From NCBI GenBank assembly GCA_963677435.1, contig OY781945.1:384001-448000 (forward strand): a stretch of 64,000 nt of DNA, read 5' to 3'. The notes below the pieces were generated by a model that did no database searches, had not been told where the DNA came from, and saw only the letters and a program-made list of their open reading frames with translations. The position numbers and the translations under genes are program-made. This document shows, in pieces, positions 44,653-55,091 of this stretch. Numbering within the stretch: position 1 is the first letter of the stretch; each line of letters starts with the position of its first letter. The DNA comes from an uncultured Aliarcobacter sp. Lineage in GTDB: Bacteria; Campylobacterota; Campylobacteria; Campylobacterales; Arcobacteraceae.

Positions 44653-46035
44653 TTATTTAAGTTCGTCTAATCTAGGGTAGATAAATACGGCTTTTCTATA
44701 AACCACAACATTTTCTGGATCTTCTTTTGCATAAGCTTTTAAGGTAACCGTTATTGGTGTATCTTTTACTTTATCACTTACTAAAATTTTATCAGTTTCA
44801 AGTATAACAACTTTTTTTGCAAGTTTTCCAGGACTTAAAGTAAATGGTTCAAATCTTGTGATTTTAATATCAGGATTATCAACAATTTCTAAGTCATAAG
44901 TTAATGGTTTTGATTCTGTATTTTGGAACAGTAATACAAAATTATTAGCAACTACATGATTCTCTTTTATTTTATAAAGTTGAGTTGTTTTATTGATATT
45001 TAAAAGCATATGCTCTTTTTCTCCACCCATTAAGAATAGTAATCCTATCACAACTACTAATGCAACTGAATACATAATAGTTGATCTTCTAATCATTTTT
45101 GTAGGAATATCATTTTTAATTGCATTTGTACTTGACCATTGAACAAGAGAAGGTTTCCCTAATTTCCCCATAACACTTGTACATGCATCTACACACTCTA
45201 AGCAATTTATACACTCAAGTTGTAAACCTTTTCTAATATCTATGTGCGTTGGACAAACAGTTACACAAGCTTCACAAGTTGTACACTCATTTTTAGTATC
45301 TGGTAAATCTTTTGCTTTGAAAATGATTTTTTCTTTATTATCATTATAAATTGTACCACCTCTATTTGTAGAGTAAATAGCTTGATATGTATCATTGTCA
45401 TATAAAACTGATTGAACTCTTGAGTAAGGACAGATATAAACACAGAAATCTTCTTTTAAAAATACAACATCATAAACTAAAAATGCTGCAATGCATAAAA
45501 CAAATCCAATTAAAAATAGATGTTCTGTAGGATTTTGTAAATATGCTAGGAAATCTTCTGGTGGCACAAAATACCACATAAAATCAGCTGCTGCAATTAA
45601 TGCTAATAAAGCCCAAAGTATAATACCTATAACTTTTTTTGTTTTATTTTCAGCTTTAGATAAATCTGGTTCTTTTTGTTTGTTTTTAATTCTTCTTAAT
45701 CCTAAAAGCCAAGATTCAATTAAATCTCTATATATAACTCTAAAAATTGTTTGTGGACATGCCCACCCGCACCAAGCTCTACCACCAAGAGAAGTTGCAG
45801 CAAATATTCCTAAAAATAGAAGCATTAATAAAAATGGCATTAAATATAACTCTTGCATATCAAATGCAGTTCCTAATAAATGCAATTGCTTCTTATCAAA
45901 AGATAATAAAAATATATGATTACCATCAATTCTGATAAAAGGTAAACCTAATGCAACAATACTGGCAATTAAATAACCAATATATCTTCTATATCTGTAA
46001 GGAGTTTTATTTGAAAACTCATTTTTTTCGCTCAT
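44653..46035 (-). CDS. ccoG: cbb3 oxidase accessory/cupric reductase CcoG (FixG)
   Basis: GRAWCGWACPQT, FCVYICPY, CTTCEACVTVCP, CINCLECVDAC. Confidence 0.94.
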   Translation of the reverse strand: MSEKNEFSNKTPYRYRRYIGYLIASIVALGLPFIRIDGNHIFLLSFDKKQLHLLGTAFDMQELYLMPFLLMLLFLGIFAATSLGGRAWCGWACPQTIFRVIYRDLIESWLLGLRRIKNKQKEPDLSKAENKTKKVIGIILWALLALIAAADFMWYFVPPEDFLAYLQNPTEHLFLIGFVLCIAAFLVYDVVFLKEDFCVYICPYSRVQSVLYDNDTYQAIYSTNRGGTIYNDNKEKIIFKAKDLPDTKNECTTCEACVTVCPTHIDIRKGLQLECINCLECVDACTSVMGKLGKPSLVQWSSTNAIKNDIPTKMIRRSTIMYSVALVVVIGLLFLMGGEKEHMLLNINKTTQLYKIKENHVVANNFVLLFQNTESKPLTYDLEIVDNPDIKITRFEPFTLSPGKLAKKVVILETDKILVSDKVKDTPITVTLKAYAKEDPENVVVYRKAVFIYPRLDELK

Positions 46036-46133
46036 TATAAGACCTTTATAATTTTTTTTAATTCTATATAAACAAACCTTATAATTTGCATAATTAATTA
46101 TAAGATTTGGTTATATATAAATATTTGTAAGAG

Positions 46134-46970
46134 TTATATTTGTAATAATTTATTGAATAATTCTATTTTATTTTTTATTTCTAAAATATAATTATCAAGA
46201 TTTTGAATTTTAAAATTTGTGATTGTTGGATAGCTTTTAATGATTAAATCAAATTTGATAATTAAATCTTTTAGATTAGTATATTCAATTACTGGAAGAT
46301 TTAATTGCTTTATTAATTTGTCATCATAAGTTTTATCAACTCTTTTAAATAATACTGGATAATTACCACAAGCAAGTGACTCAAATGCAGTCTGTATTGA
46401 TGTTGTCAAGAGATATTTTGAGTTTTGAATTGTTTGTACATACTCTTCTTCATCAATCACATTTGAAAAATATTTGGTGAAAATCTTTTCATTTCCAAGA
46501 AAAAAATAGTGCCCCATTAAAAGATTTAAATCAAATTTCTCATTTTCTTTTGTCATTTCTAAAAAAAGATTATTATAATCATCATCCCCAAAAAATATTG
46601 TTTTTTCAAGGGTTGGAGTTTGATTTTTACAATAAAGAGATTCATCAACAATAATTCCATCTATTTCCACACCAACTTCATAAAGAAAAGTACAAAATTC
46701 TTTCATATCATTTTTCATCTCTTCATTAACTTCAGGAGTATCATAAATTAAAATATCTCTTCTATGCATAATATTATGAAGATTTCTTACTACATCAATA
46801 TTTACATATTTTTTAATACCTAGGTTGTCTTTTGCAAAAGCACCAGCTCTAAAGTCACTTGTACATAGAATAGGCTCGAACTCTTTGAGTGCATTTGCAA
46901 TTGCTGCACATCTTTTTGTTGCATCCAATCCAATTGTATGGCCACTTTTTGCATATAAATAAACTTGCAT
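46134..46970 (-). CDS. Hypothetical protein, PseG/SpsG-like GT-B fold
   Basis: SGHTIGLDATKRCAAIANAL, IFFGDDDYNNL and TAFESLACG resemble PseG-family blocks. Confidence 0.6.
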   Translation of the reverse strand: MQVYLYAKSGHTIGLDATKRCAAIANALKEFEPILCTSDFRAGAFAKDNLGIKKYVNIDVVRNLHNIMHRRDILIYDTPEVNEEMKNDMKEFCTFLYEVGVEIDGIIVDESLYCKNQTPTLEKTIFFGDDDYNNLFLEMTKENEKFDLNLLMGHYFFLGNEKIFTKYFSNVIDEEEYVQTIQNSKYLLTTSIQTAFESLACGNYPVLFKRVDKTYDDKLIKQLNLPVIEYTNLKDLIIKFDLIIKSYPTITNFKIQNLDNYILEIKNKIELFNKLLQI

Positions 46971-47096
46971 ACTATAAACCTTTAGAAAATAAATTAAGAG
47001 TCTTACGATTGTAAAATTGTATCTAAAATAAAAAAAAGTTTCTTGATATTAAAGTTTAATACAATAGAATATATAAAATTACAATAAGGAGAATTT

Positions 47097-48119
47097 ATGA
47101 AGCTATCATTGAAAAGAGTAATGTATATATGTTTTTTTATGTTTGCATTTTTAAATATAAATGTAAATGCTCAAGAGGGAAAATTAAGTGGTGGAGTATC
47201 CCATGAAATACCTAGTTGGTTTAAAGAAAGTTTCTTAGACATAAAAGAAGATATTGATGAAGCAAAGGCAAAAAATAGACATTATATGATATTTATGGAT
47301 TTAGATGCTTGTCCTTATTGTGCCAAAATGTTAAAAGATAATTTTATAAATCAAAATAAAACAAGTGATTTTATAAAAAAATATTTTGATGTTGTAGAGA
47401 TAAATGTAAAAGGAAGTAGGGAAGTTACTTGGGATGAAAATACAACTTTAAGCGAAAAAGAACTAGCTACTAAATTAGAGATTCAATATAGTCCTACAAT
47501 CTTATTTTTTGATGATAAGAAAGAGATTGTTTTAAGAGTAAATGGATATAGAAGTCCAGAAGATTTTAAATTGATTTTAGAATATATTCAAGGTGAATAT
47601 TATAAAAAGATGAATTTAATGGAATATGCTAATAAAATAGATAAACAAACTCTTTATACCTTTAAAGATAATGATATGTTTAAAAATATCAAAGATTTAT
47701 CAAAAATAAAAACACCTCTTGCAATTATTTTTGAAGATGGAAGTTGTACTCAATGTGATTATTTTCATGATAAATTATTAAAAAATAAAGATGTAATAAG
47801 TGAATTGAAAAAATTTACAGCAGTAAGATTAGATGCAAATAGTACAGAGCAAATTATTGATGTTGATGGAAATAAAACAACACCAAAAGAGTGGGCACAA
47901 AAAATAAACCTAGATTATAGACCAGGCGTTTTACTTTATGATGATAAAAAACTAATCACAACTGTTGATGCACTTTTATATTCATTTCATTTCAAAGAGA
48001 TATTAAGATATGTAAGTGGGAAATATTATGAGCAATATCCAAGAAGTTATTTGGATTATTTAAAAGTAAGAGAATCTGAACTTTTAAAACAAGGCATAAA
48101 TATTAACATTGCAGAATAA
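47097..48119 (+). CDS. Periplasmic tandem thioredoxin-fold protein (SoxW-like)
   Basis: Signal peptide, PSWFKESFLD, CPYC and CTQC, two cis-Pro-type motifs (YSP, YRP). Confidence 0.8.
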   Translation: MKLSLKRVMYICFFMFAFLNINVNAQEGKLSGGVSHEIPSWFKESFLDIKEDIDEAKAKNRHYMIFMDLDACPYCAKMLKDNFINQNKTSDFIKKYFDVVEINVKGSREVTWDENTTLSEKELATKLEIQYSPTILFFDDKKEIVLRVNGYRSPEDFKLILEYIQGEYYKKMNLMEYANKIDKQTLYTFKDNDMFKNIKDLSKIKTPLAIIFEDGSCTQCDYFHDKLLKNKDVISELKKFTAVRLDANSTEQIIDVDGNKTTPKEWAQKINLDYRPGVLLYDDKKLITTVDALLYSFHFKEILRYVSGKYYEQYPRSYLDYLKVRESELLKQGININIAE

Positions 48120-48122
48120 AAG

Positions 48123-48150
48123 AGATAACACTTTGAAAGAAGTGTTATTC
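48123..48150 (+). terminator. Hairpin after the thioredoxin gene
   Basis: ataacactt-tgaaag-aagtgttat. Confidence 0.55.
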
Positions 48151-48337
48151 CTTGACTCTATAAAATCTTTTTTCCAAAAAAACTAACATTTAAAAAACTT
48201 CTAACTAATATAAATTTTATTCTATAAAATGGTCAATTTGCAGAATTAGGCAAGAAATATGGAGAAATTATATACTGAAATGATTCAAAACTTTCTATAA
48301 TATAAATGGATAAAAGTTTTATTATAAAGGAAAATTA

Positions 48338-48793
48338 ATGCAATTTATTACAATAAATGATAAAAAATATGAATTAAAAGATATATCAGAAGAGACACCA
48401 ATATTATGGGTATTAAGAGATCATTTAAATATGACAGGTACGAAGTTTGGATGTGGTGTTGGACAATGTGGAGCCTGTACCGTGTTACTTGACAATGTTG
48501 CTATTAGAAGTTGCTCAACTCCTCTTAGTGAAGTTGGAAATAAAAAAATTACTACAATAGAAACGCAAACAGATAAAACTGTACAAAAACTGCAAAAATT
48601 CTGGATACAAGAAGATGTAGTTCAATGTGGATATTGTCAATCAGGACAAATTATGAATGCAGCAAGTCTTGTAAAAGTAAATCCAAGACCAAGTGAAGAT
48701 GAAATTGTAAAAGCCATGAATGGAAATATCTGTAGATGTGGTACATATAATAAAATAAAAACAGCTATAAAAGCTGCAACAATGGAGGCTTAA
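48338..48793 (+). CDS. 2x[2Fe-2S] small subunit, IorA/CoxS family
   Basis: GTKFGCGVGQCGACTV, QCGYCQSGQ, NICRCGTY. Confidence 0.94.
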   Translation: MQFITINDKKYELKDISEETPILWVLRDHLNMTGTKFGCGVGQCGACTVLLDNVAIRSCSTPLSEVGNKKITTIETQTDKTVQKLQKFWIQEDVVQCGYCQSGQIMNAASLVKVNPRPSEDEIVKAMNGNICRCGTYNKIKTAIKAATMEA

Positions 48794-48794
48794 G

Positions 48795-50930
48795 ATGCAA
48801 AGAAGAGATTTTTTAAAAACAACTACTGCTGTAAGTGCAGCATTTGTTATTGGGTTTTATGTACCAACTAAATCAAAAGCTAGTGAAACTAAAAAAGAAG
48901 AAAAACCATTACAACCAAATGCTTTTGTTGAAATAACACCAGACAATAATATTAACTTTATTATTGGGCAAGTTGAAATGGGACAAGGTACATATACAAC
49001 TCTATCTATGTGTATAGCTGAAGAGTTAAATGTACATTGGAAAGATATAAACTTCAAACCAGCAACAATCGCACCAGTTTATTACAGCGTTTTTGGGCCA
49101 TTAATGATAACAGGTGGTTCATCTTCTGTTTATAGTAAACAATTAGAAATGAGAAAAATTGGAGCTGCTGTAAATGAGATGTTAATTGAAGCTGCTTCTA
49201 AAAAATGGAAAGTAAGAGCTTATGATGTTTATACAAAAGATTCAAAAGTTTTTAATAAGAAAACTAAAGAAAGCATGAATTTTGGTGATTTAGTAAGTGA
49301 ATTATCAAGTATGAAAATTCCAACTAATCCTAAAATAAAAGAGCTAAAAGATTGTAAATTTGTAGGTAAGCCACAACCTAGACATCCAAAAGAGGCTTGG
49401 GCAAAAGTTACTGGAAAAGCAGAATTTGGAATAGATGTTAGAATTCCAAATATGAAATATGCAGCTGTTTATCACCCTACAATATTTGGCTCAAAAATAA
49501 AAAGCTTTGATGCAAGTAAAGTTTTACAAAAACAAGGCGTAATAAAAGTAAAACAAATCCCTTCTGGAATTGCTGTTATTGCTGAACATTGGTGGATAGC
49601 TAAACAGGCTTTACTTGATATAACTGTAGTATTAGAAAATGATGAATTTAAAAATACAAGTGAAAAAGAATTAGATGCACAATATTCTGCAATGATGGAA
49701 AAAGATGGTGCATCTATGAGAAAAGATGGAGATAGTAAAAAAGCTTTTGAAAGTGCAAAAAAAGTAATCGAAGCAGAATATAATTATCCATTTTTAGCCC
49801 ATGCAGCAATGGAACCTTTAGGTATAGTTGTTCATCAAGAAAAAGAAAAAGCAACTGTATGGTCTTCATCACAATCACAAACAATGGCGTTAGGGGCAAT
49901 TTCAAAAGTATTAGATGTAAAACCTGAAAACATCAAATACAACACTCCATATTTAGGTGGAGGTTTTGGAAGAAGAGGCTCTATTAATTTAGATTTTGTT
50001 TTAGATGGTGCTTATGTTTCAAAAGATGAAGAGTTCCCAATTATGACATTATGGACAAGAGAAGATGACATCAAAATGGGTAACTATAGACCTAAATATA
50101 AAAATAGAGTTAAAGTTGCTTTAGATGAAAAAGGAAATATCTCAGCATTTGATGCAAAAGTAACTTCACAATCTATTTTCAAAGGTTCTCTTTTTGAAGG
50201 ATTTGGATATATAAATGGTGTTGATGGAGGACAAAAAGAAGGACTGGCAGATCATCCTTATAGTATAAATAATCATGATATGCAAGCTTATACTGTAGAT
50301 TCTCCAATCCCTGTATTATGGTGGAGATCAGTTGGTCACACACAAAGTTCTCCAACAATTGAAGGCATAGTTGATGAAGCAGCATTTGCAGCTGGAATTG
50401 ACCCTATTGAGTATAGATTAAAAATGTTAACAGATCATAGATTTATAACTGTATTAAAAGATGTGGCTAAAAAAGCAGATTGGGCAAATAGAAAAAAAGA
50501 AGATAATGTAGGTTATGGTGTAGCTATTCATGAATCTTTTGGAACAATTTGTGCTCAAATTGCAAAGGTGAGAGTTACAAAAGATGATTTCAAAGTAGAA
50601 AAAGTATGGGCAAGTGTTGATTGTGGATTTGCATTCAATCCTCAAAATGTAGAAAATCAAATAACTGGTTCTATAAACTTTGGAATAGCAGCACTTAAAT
50701 ATAGTGAAATAACTATCAATAATGGTGAAGCACTACAAAACAATTTCTTTGATTATACAGTAACTAGAATTTCTGATTCTCCTGAAATGGAAGTAAGTAT
50801 CATAAACTCAGGTGAAAAAATAGGTGGTATTGGTGAACCTGGTGTTCCTCCAATTTTAGCTGCAGTTCCTAATGCGCTATTTGATGCAACTGGAAAAAGA
50901 TATCACTCTATGCCAATTAAAATAGGTTAA
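48795..50930 (+). CDS. Molybdopterin large subunit, IorB/aldehyde oxidoreductase family, Tat-exported
   Basis: QRRDFLK Tat motif, EMGQG, TGGS, AHAAMEP, GGGFGRR, WRSVGH, GEPGVPP. Confidence 0.92.
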   Translation: MQRRDFLKTTTAVSAAFVIGFYVPTKSKASETKKEEKPLQPNAFVEITPDNNINFIIGQVEMGQGTYTTLSMCIAEELNVHWKDINFKPATIAPVYYSVFGPLMITGGSSSVYSKQLEMRKIGAAVNEMLIEAASKKWKVRAYDVYTKDSKVFNKKTKESMNFGDLVSELSSMKIPTNPKIKELKDCKFVGKPQPRHPKEAWAKVTGKAEFGIDVRIPNMKYAAVYHPTIFGSKIKSFDASKVLQKQGVIKVKQIPSGIAVIAEHWWIAKQALLDITVVLENDEFKNTSEKELDAQYSAMMEKDGASMRKDGDSKKAFESAKKVIEAEYNYPFLAHAAMEPLGIVVHQEKEKATVWSSSQSQTMALGAISKVLDVKPENIKYNTPYLGGGFGRRGSINLDFVLDGAYVSKDEEFPIMTLWTREDDIKMGNYRPKYKNRVKVALDEKGNISAFDAKVTSQSIFKGSLFEGFGYINGVDGGQKEGLADHPYSINNHDMQAYTVDSPIPVLWWRSVGHTQSSPTIEGIVDEAAFAAGIDPIEYRLKMLTDHRFITVLKDVAKKADWANRKKEDNVGYGVAIHESFGTICAQIAKVRVTKDDFKVEKVWASVDCGFAFNPQNVENQITGSINFGIAALKYSEITINNGEALQNNFFDYTVTRISDSPEMEVSIINSGEKIGGIGEPGVPPILAAVPNALFDATGKRYHSMPIKIG

Positions 50931-50936
50931 TATCTA

Positions 50937-51827
50937 ATGTTTGAGAATAAAGAGTATTTAAAATTTATTCAAAATAGTAAAAAACAAGGTCTTGATTTAG
51001 TAGGAGTTAGTGTTGTACAAACACTAGGTTCTACTTATGCAAAAGCTGGAAATCTTATGCTTATAAACTCTAATTTAGAGTTTGTAGGTATTTTTGGAAG
51101 TAAACATTTGCATAATCAAATTTTAGAGTATACAAAAACTGCCTTTGAAAATAAAAAATCCTTATATTTTGAAAATGTTCCAAAAGATGAGTCTTCAGGA
51201 CATGGTTCTAGTAAATATTTTCTACAAGCTTACTTTTTCAAAGATGATTATGGAATATTGGGTGAGTCATTAAAAAGTTTTAGCAAAACATTAATAAGAG
51301 ATATAAAAACTGATGAGTATGAATTTAAAAATGAAAAAATTGAAACAAAATTTGATAAAAACAAATTCTATCAAACAATAAAATTACCTTATTCTCTTTT
51401 GATTTTTGGTTCAGGTGCTCATGTTACATCCCTTGTAAGTATGGCAAATCTTATGGGTTGGAAAACTACAGTTATGGATATAAATATTAAAAAGCATTAT
51501 GTAAATCAAGCAGATGAAATAATAGAATTACAGAACTTTGAAGATATATTATCTATGGATTTAAGTTATTATAATGCCTCAGTTATTTTAAGTCATAGTC
51601 CAAAAACAGATGATACATATTTAAAAGCTTTACTTAACTCAAAAGTTGAATATATAGGACTTATGGGGAATAAAACAAATATGAAACGAAAAACTGAAGA
51701 GTTTAATCTTGAAAATGACAAAAGATTTTTTGCTCCGGTTGGTTTTGATATAGGTGGAAACACTCACCAATCAATAGCTTTATCAATTTGTGCACAAATT
51801 GAAGCAAGAAAAAATGCAAAAATCTAA
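50937..51827 (+). CDS. xdhC: XdhC/CoxI family Moco chaperone
   Basis: GSTYAKAG, IFGSGAH, YIGLMG, APVGFDIGG..IALSICAQI. Confidence 0.88.
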   Translation: MFENKEYLKFIQNSKKQGLDLVGVSVVQTLGSTYAKAGNLMLINSNLEFVGIFGSKHLHNQILEYTKTAFENKKSLYFENVPKDESSGHGSSKYFLQAYFFKDDYGILGESLKSFSKTLIRDIKTDEYEFKNEKIETKFDKNKFYQTIKLPYSLLIFGSGAHVTSLVSMANLMGWKTTVMDINIKKHYVNQADEIIELQNFEDILSMDLSYYNASVILSHSPKTDDTYLKALLNSKVEYIGLMGNKTNMKRKTEEFNLENDKRFFAPVGFDIGGNTHQSIALSICAQIEARKNAKI

Positions 51828-52395
51828 TAATTTAGCAGTTTTAATCCTAGCAGCTGGAAAATCATCAAGACTAGGAGCAATAACTAAACAGCTTTTAAAA
51901 TACAAAGATGAAAGTTTCCTAAAAATAGCTGTTAAAAAAGCCCTTGAAATTTCATCTAATGTCTATGTAGTTTTAGGTCATAATAGTGAGGAATGCCAAA
52001 AAGAGTTGGTGCAATTTGATATTAATATTTTATATAATAAAGATTATGAAAAAGGTTTAGGAGCTTCTTTATCTTTTGGAATAAATCATAGCTCAAAGTT
52101 TGATAATACATTGGTTTTATTATGTGACCAACCTTTTATACCTTTAAGTCATTTAGAAAAATTAAGAAATAGCATAGACAATAAAACAATAATAAGCTCA
52201 TTTTATAAACATACTAACAAATCAACAGTTCCTGCAATTTTTCCAAAAAAGTATTATGCTGAACTTGAAAAATTAAATGAAGATTTTGGTGCAAAACATC
52301 TACTGCAAAACTCTCAAACAATAAATATAGAACTTGAGAAAGAGTTTGCAGTTGATATTGATACTAAAGAAGATATTGAGAAATATCTGAAATAA
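51814..52395 (+). CDS. mocA: Molybdenum cofactor cytidylyltransferase-like (MocA)
   Basis: ILAAGKSSRLG..KQLL, LCDQP, PAIF, DIDT; ATG at 51814. Confidence 0.82.
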   Translation: MQKSNNLAVLILAAGKSSRLGAITKQLLKYKDESFLKIAVKKALEISSNVYVVLGHNSEECQKELVQFDINILYNKDYEKGLGASLSFGINHSSKFDNTLVLLCDQPFIPLSHLEKLRNSIDNKTIISSFYKHTNKSTVPAIFPKKYYAELEKLNEDFGAKHLLQNSQTINIELEKEFAVDIDTKEDIEKYLK

Positions 52396-52431
52396 TTAAG
52401 TTTTTCTATTAGTTTATTACAGAATCAATTT

Positions 52432-54303
52432 TTATTGATTCTGCGATTTTATATTTATATTTAAATGAATAATATCTAAAGCTGCTGGTGTAATTCCAGA
52501 AATTAAACTTGCATTATACAAAGTTGGTGGTCTATGTTTTTCAAGTTTTTCTATAACTTCATTTGATAATCCAGCAAGTCCTTTGAAAGAGAAGTTTTCA
52601 GGGATTGTTGCTTTTAGCATTTTTTTCATTTTTTCAATTTGTTTTTGTTGTTTTTGAATATATCTATAATATTTTGCTTCAATAATTATTTGCTCTTTTA
52701 AATAATCATCAATTGAAGCTAAAGTTGGAACTAATTTGTCAAATTTAGGTGCATCAATTGTGTTTCTTCCTATTAAATCTATAAGTAAAACTTTATCATT
52801 GATTTTCTCTTCACCAATTGATTCAAGTAGTTCTAAAGTCTCTTTTTTAGAAGTTACCCATTCATTTGCCATAAACTCAATTGCTTCATCTATAACTTTT
52901 CTTTTATTTTCTACTTTTGCCATTGTATTATCATCTATTAGACCAAAATTATGACCATATTGTGATAATCTTAAATCAGCATTTTCTTCTCTTAAAAGAA
53001 GTCTATATTCAGCTCGTGAAGTGAACATTCTATATGGTTCATTAGTTCCTTTTGTAACTAAATCATCAATTAAAACTCCAATATAAGCTTCATCTCGTCT
53101 TAAAATAAATGGCTCTTTTTCATCAATTGCAAGTGCTGCATTAATTCCTGCCATTAATCCTTGTGCTGCTGCTTCTTCATAACCTGTTGTTGCATTTATT
53201 TGTCCAGCATTGTAAAGGTTTTTTAGTTTTTTAGTTTCAAGCGTATGTTTTAACTCAGTTGGGTCAATATAATCATACTCAATTGCATATCCATATCTAA
53301 CAATTTTTGCATTTTCAAGACCTTTAATTGAGTGAATCATCTCTTTTTGAACATCAATTGGTAAAGATGTACTAAGACCATTTATATAATACTCTGTACA
53401 CATTGCTGTTTGAGGTTCTAAAAATAGTTGATGTCTATCTCGTTCGCTAAATCTATTCACTTTATCTTCAATACTTGGACAATATCTAGGCCCCAGTCCT
53501 TCAATTTGACCTGTAAAAAGTGGTGCTCTATAGAAGTTTGAAGATATTTTTTCATGGGTAGCTAAATTTGTATATGTGATATAACAAGGAAATTGAGTTG
53601 GAGAAAATTTCGATTTATCTGTTCTAAAAGAAAAAGGTGAGGGATTTACATCACCACCGTGCATATCCATAGATGAAAAATCAATAGAGTTTGCATCAAT
53701 TCTTGATGGAGTCCCCGTTTTTAATCTTCCAACATTTAAACCTAATTCTTTTAATTGAATTGAAAGTGTGCTAGATGGTAATTCCCAAGCTCGTCCAGCA
53801 GAATAACTATTTTCACCAATGTGAATAAGTCCTCTCATAAAAGTTCCAGTTGTAATGATCACTTTTTTAGAAGTGAACTCTTCTGTTAATTTTGTTTTAA
53901 CTCCGTAAACTTCATTTTTGTCATTTACTAATAGTGCAGATACTTCATCTTGATATACTTCTAAATTAGGTGTATTATGACAAACTTTTCTCATATACTC
54001 TCTATATTTATCCATATCAATTTGAGCTCGACTTCCTTGAACAGCTGCACCTTTTGAGGCATTTAATATTCTAAATTGAATACCAGCTGTATCAGTACAA
54101 AGTCCCATTTCTCCACCGATTGCATCAAGTTCCCGCACTAAGTGACCTTTTGCAAGACCTCCTACTGCTGGGTTACAACTTGCTGCACCTATTTGCTCTA
54201 CTAACATAGTAATTAGAAGAGTTTTTTTACCCATTCTTGCACTTGCCAGTGAGGCTTCAATTCCTGCATGCCCACCACCAACAACAATTACATCATAATC
54301 CAT
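52432..54303 (-). CDS. mnmG: tRNA U34 carboxymethylaminomethyl modification enzyme
   Basis: [48 protein letters not shown] at 54303 after AAGGA. Confidence 0.97.
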   Translation of the reverse strand: MDYDVIVVGGGHAGIEASLASARMGKKTLLITMLVEQIGAASCNPAVGGLAKGHLVRELDAIGGEMGLCTDTAGIQFRILNASKGAAVQGSRAQIDMDKYREYMRKVCHNTPNLEVYQDEVSALLVNDKNEVYGVKTKLTEEFTSKKVIITTGTFMRGLIHIGENSYSAGRAWELPSSTLSIQLKELGLNVGRLKTGTPSRIDANSIDFSSMDMHGGDVNPSPFSFRTDKSKFSPTQFPCYITYTNLATHEKISSNFYRAPLFTGQIEGLGPRYCPSIEDKVNRFSERDRHQLFLEPQTAMCTEYYINGLSTSLPIDVQKEMIHSIKGLENAKIVRYGYAIEYDYIDPTELKHTLETKKLKNLYNAGQINATTGYEEAAAQGLMAGINAALAIDEKEPFILRRDEAYIGVLIDDLVTKGTNEPYRMFTSRAEYRLLLREENADLRLSQYGHNFGLIDDNTMAKVENKRKVIDEAIEFMANEWVTSKKETLELLESIGEEKINDKVLLIDLIGRNTIDAPKFDKLVPTLASIDDYLKEQIIIEAKYYRYIQKQQKQIEKMKKMLKATIPENFSFKGLAGLSNEVIEKLEKHRPPTLYNASLISGITPAALDIIHLNINIKSQNQ

Positions 54304-54461
54304 ATTGTTCCTTATATACTTTTTTTGTGATTTAATATTTGGAAAATTTCTTAGATAAATGTTTTCTTCCACTTATCTAAGAAATTTGCGAAAAGTAGTT
54401 AAAATTAGCTTCTTAACAATTTTTCGATATTATACCTAAAATATATCAAAAGGTTTTTTAA

Positions 54462-55085
54462 GTGTTTACAGGACTTATAAGAGAGATGGCAAAAGTTGTT
54501 AGTTTTAAAAACAATTTTTTGACACTACATGCGAAATACAATCCAAAAATTGGAGATTCAATAGCAATAAATGGAGCTTGTTTAACTGTTGTAAAAGTTA
54601 CAAGTGAAACATTTACAGTTGAACTTTCACCAGAATCACAAAATATTCTTGCAATGGAAAACTATAAAAATGAAGTACATATGGAACCTGCAATGATGAT
54701 GGGGGATAGGTTCGAAGGTCACATTGTTCAAGGACATGTTGATTGTCTAGGAACAGTTAAATCTATAAAAGCAAATGGTAATTCAACAGATTTTTTTATC
54801 TCCTTACCAAGTGAATATTCAAAATATATTATTCCAAAAGGTAGTGTTACAATTGATGGAGTTTCACTTACAGTAAATGAAGTTATGAAAGACTCTTTTA
54901 GACTTACAATAATTCCTCATACTGTTAAAAATACACTATTTAAAAACTATAAAGTTGGAACAAAAGTAAATTTAGAAACAGATATGTTTGCTAGATATAT
55001 TTATAATATTGTTTCGGGGAATAAAGAGAAAAAAGATAATGGTTTAAGTTGGGGAGATGTTGATAAGATAATGGCTAATTATTAG
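54462..55085 (+). CDS. ribE: Riboflavin synthase alpha chain
   Basis: MFTGLI, GDSIAINGACLTV, GHIVQGHVD, GVSLTV. Confidence 0.96.
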   Translation: MFTGLIREMAKVVSFKNNFLTLHAKYNPKIGDSIAINGACLTVVKVTSETFTVELSPESQNILAMENYKNEVHMEPAMMMGDRFEGHIVQGHVDCLGTVKSIKANGNSTDFFISLPSEYSKYIIPKGSVTIDGVSLTVNEVMKDSFRLTIIPHTVKNTLFKNYKVGTKVNLETDMFARYIYNIVSGNKEKKDNGLSWGDVDKIMANY

Positions 55086-55091
55086 AATATT

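Noticed and set aside
46072..46112. Imperfect hairpin upstream of ccoG as an Fnr box or riboswitch
   Set aside because: No TTGAT-N4-ATCAA match; more simply a terminator-like stem for the upstream gene
48229..48241. Possible sigma54 promoter (tggtcaatttgc) before iorA
   Set aside because: GG-to-GC spacing is 7 nt rather than the required 10
54304..54461. FMN riboswitch upstream of ribE
   Set aside because: No RFN consensus (AGGGCGGGG, AAATTCCCGACCG) is present
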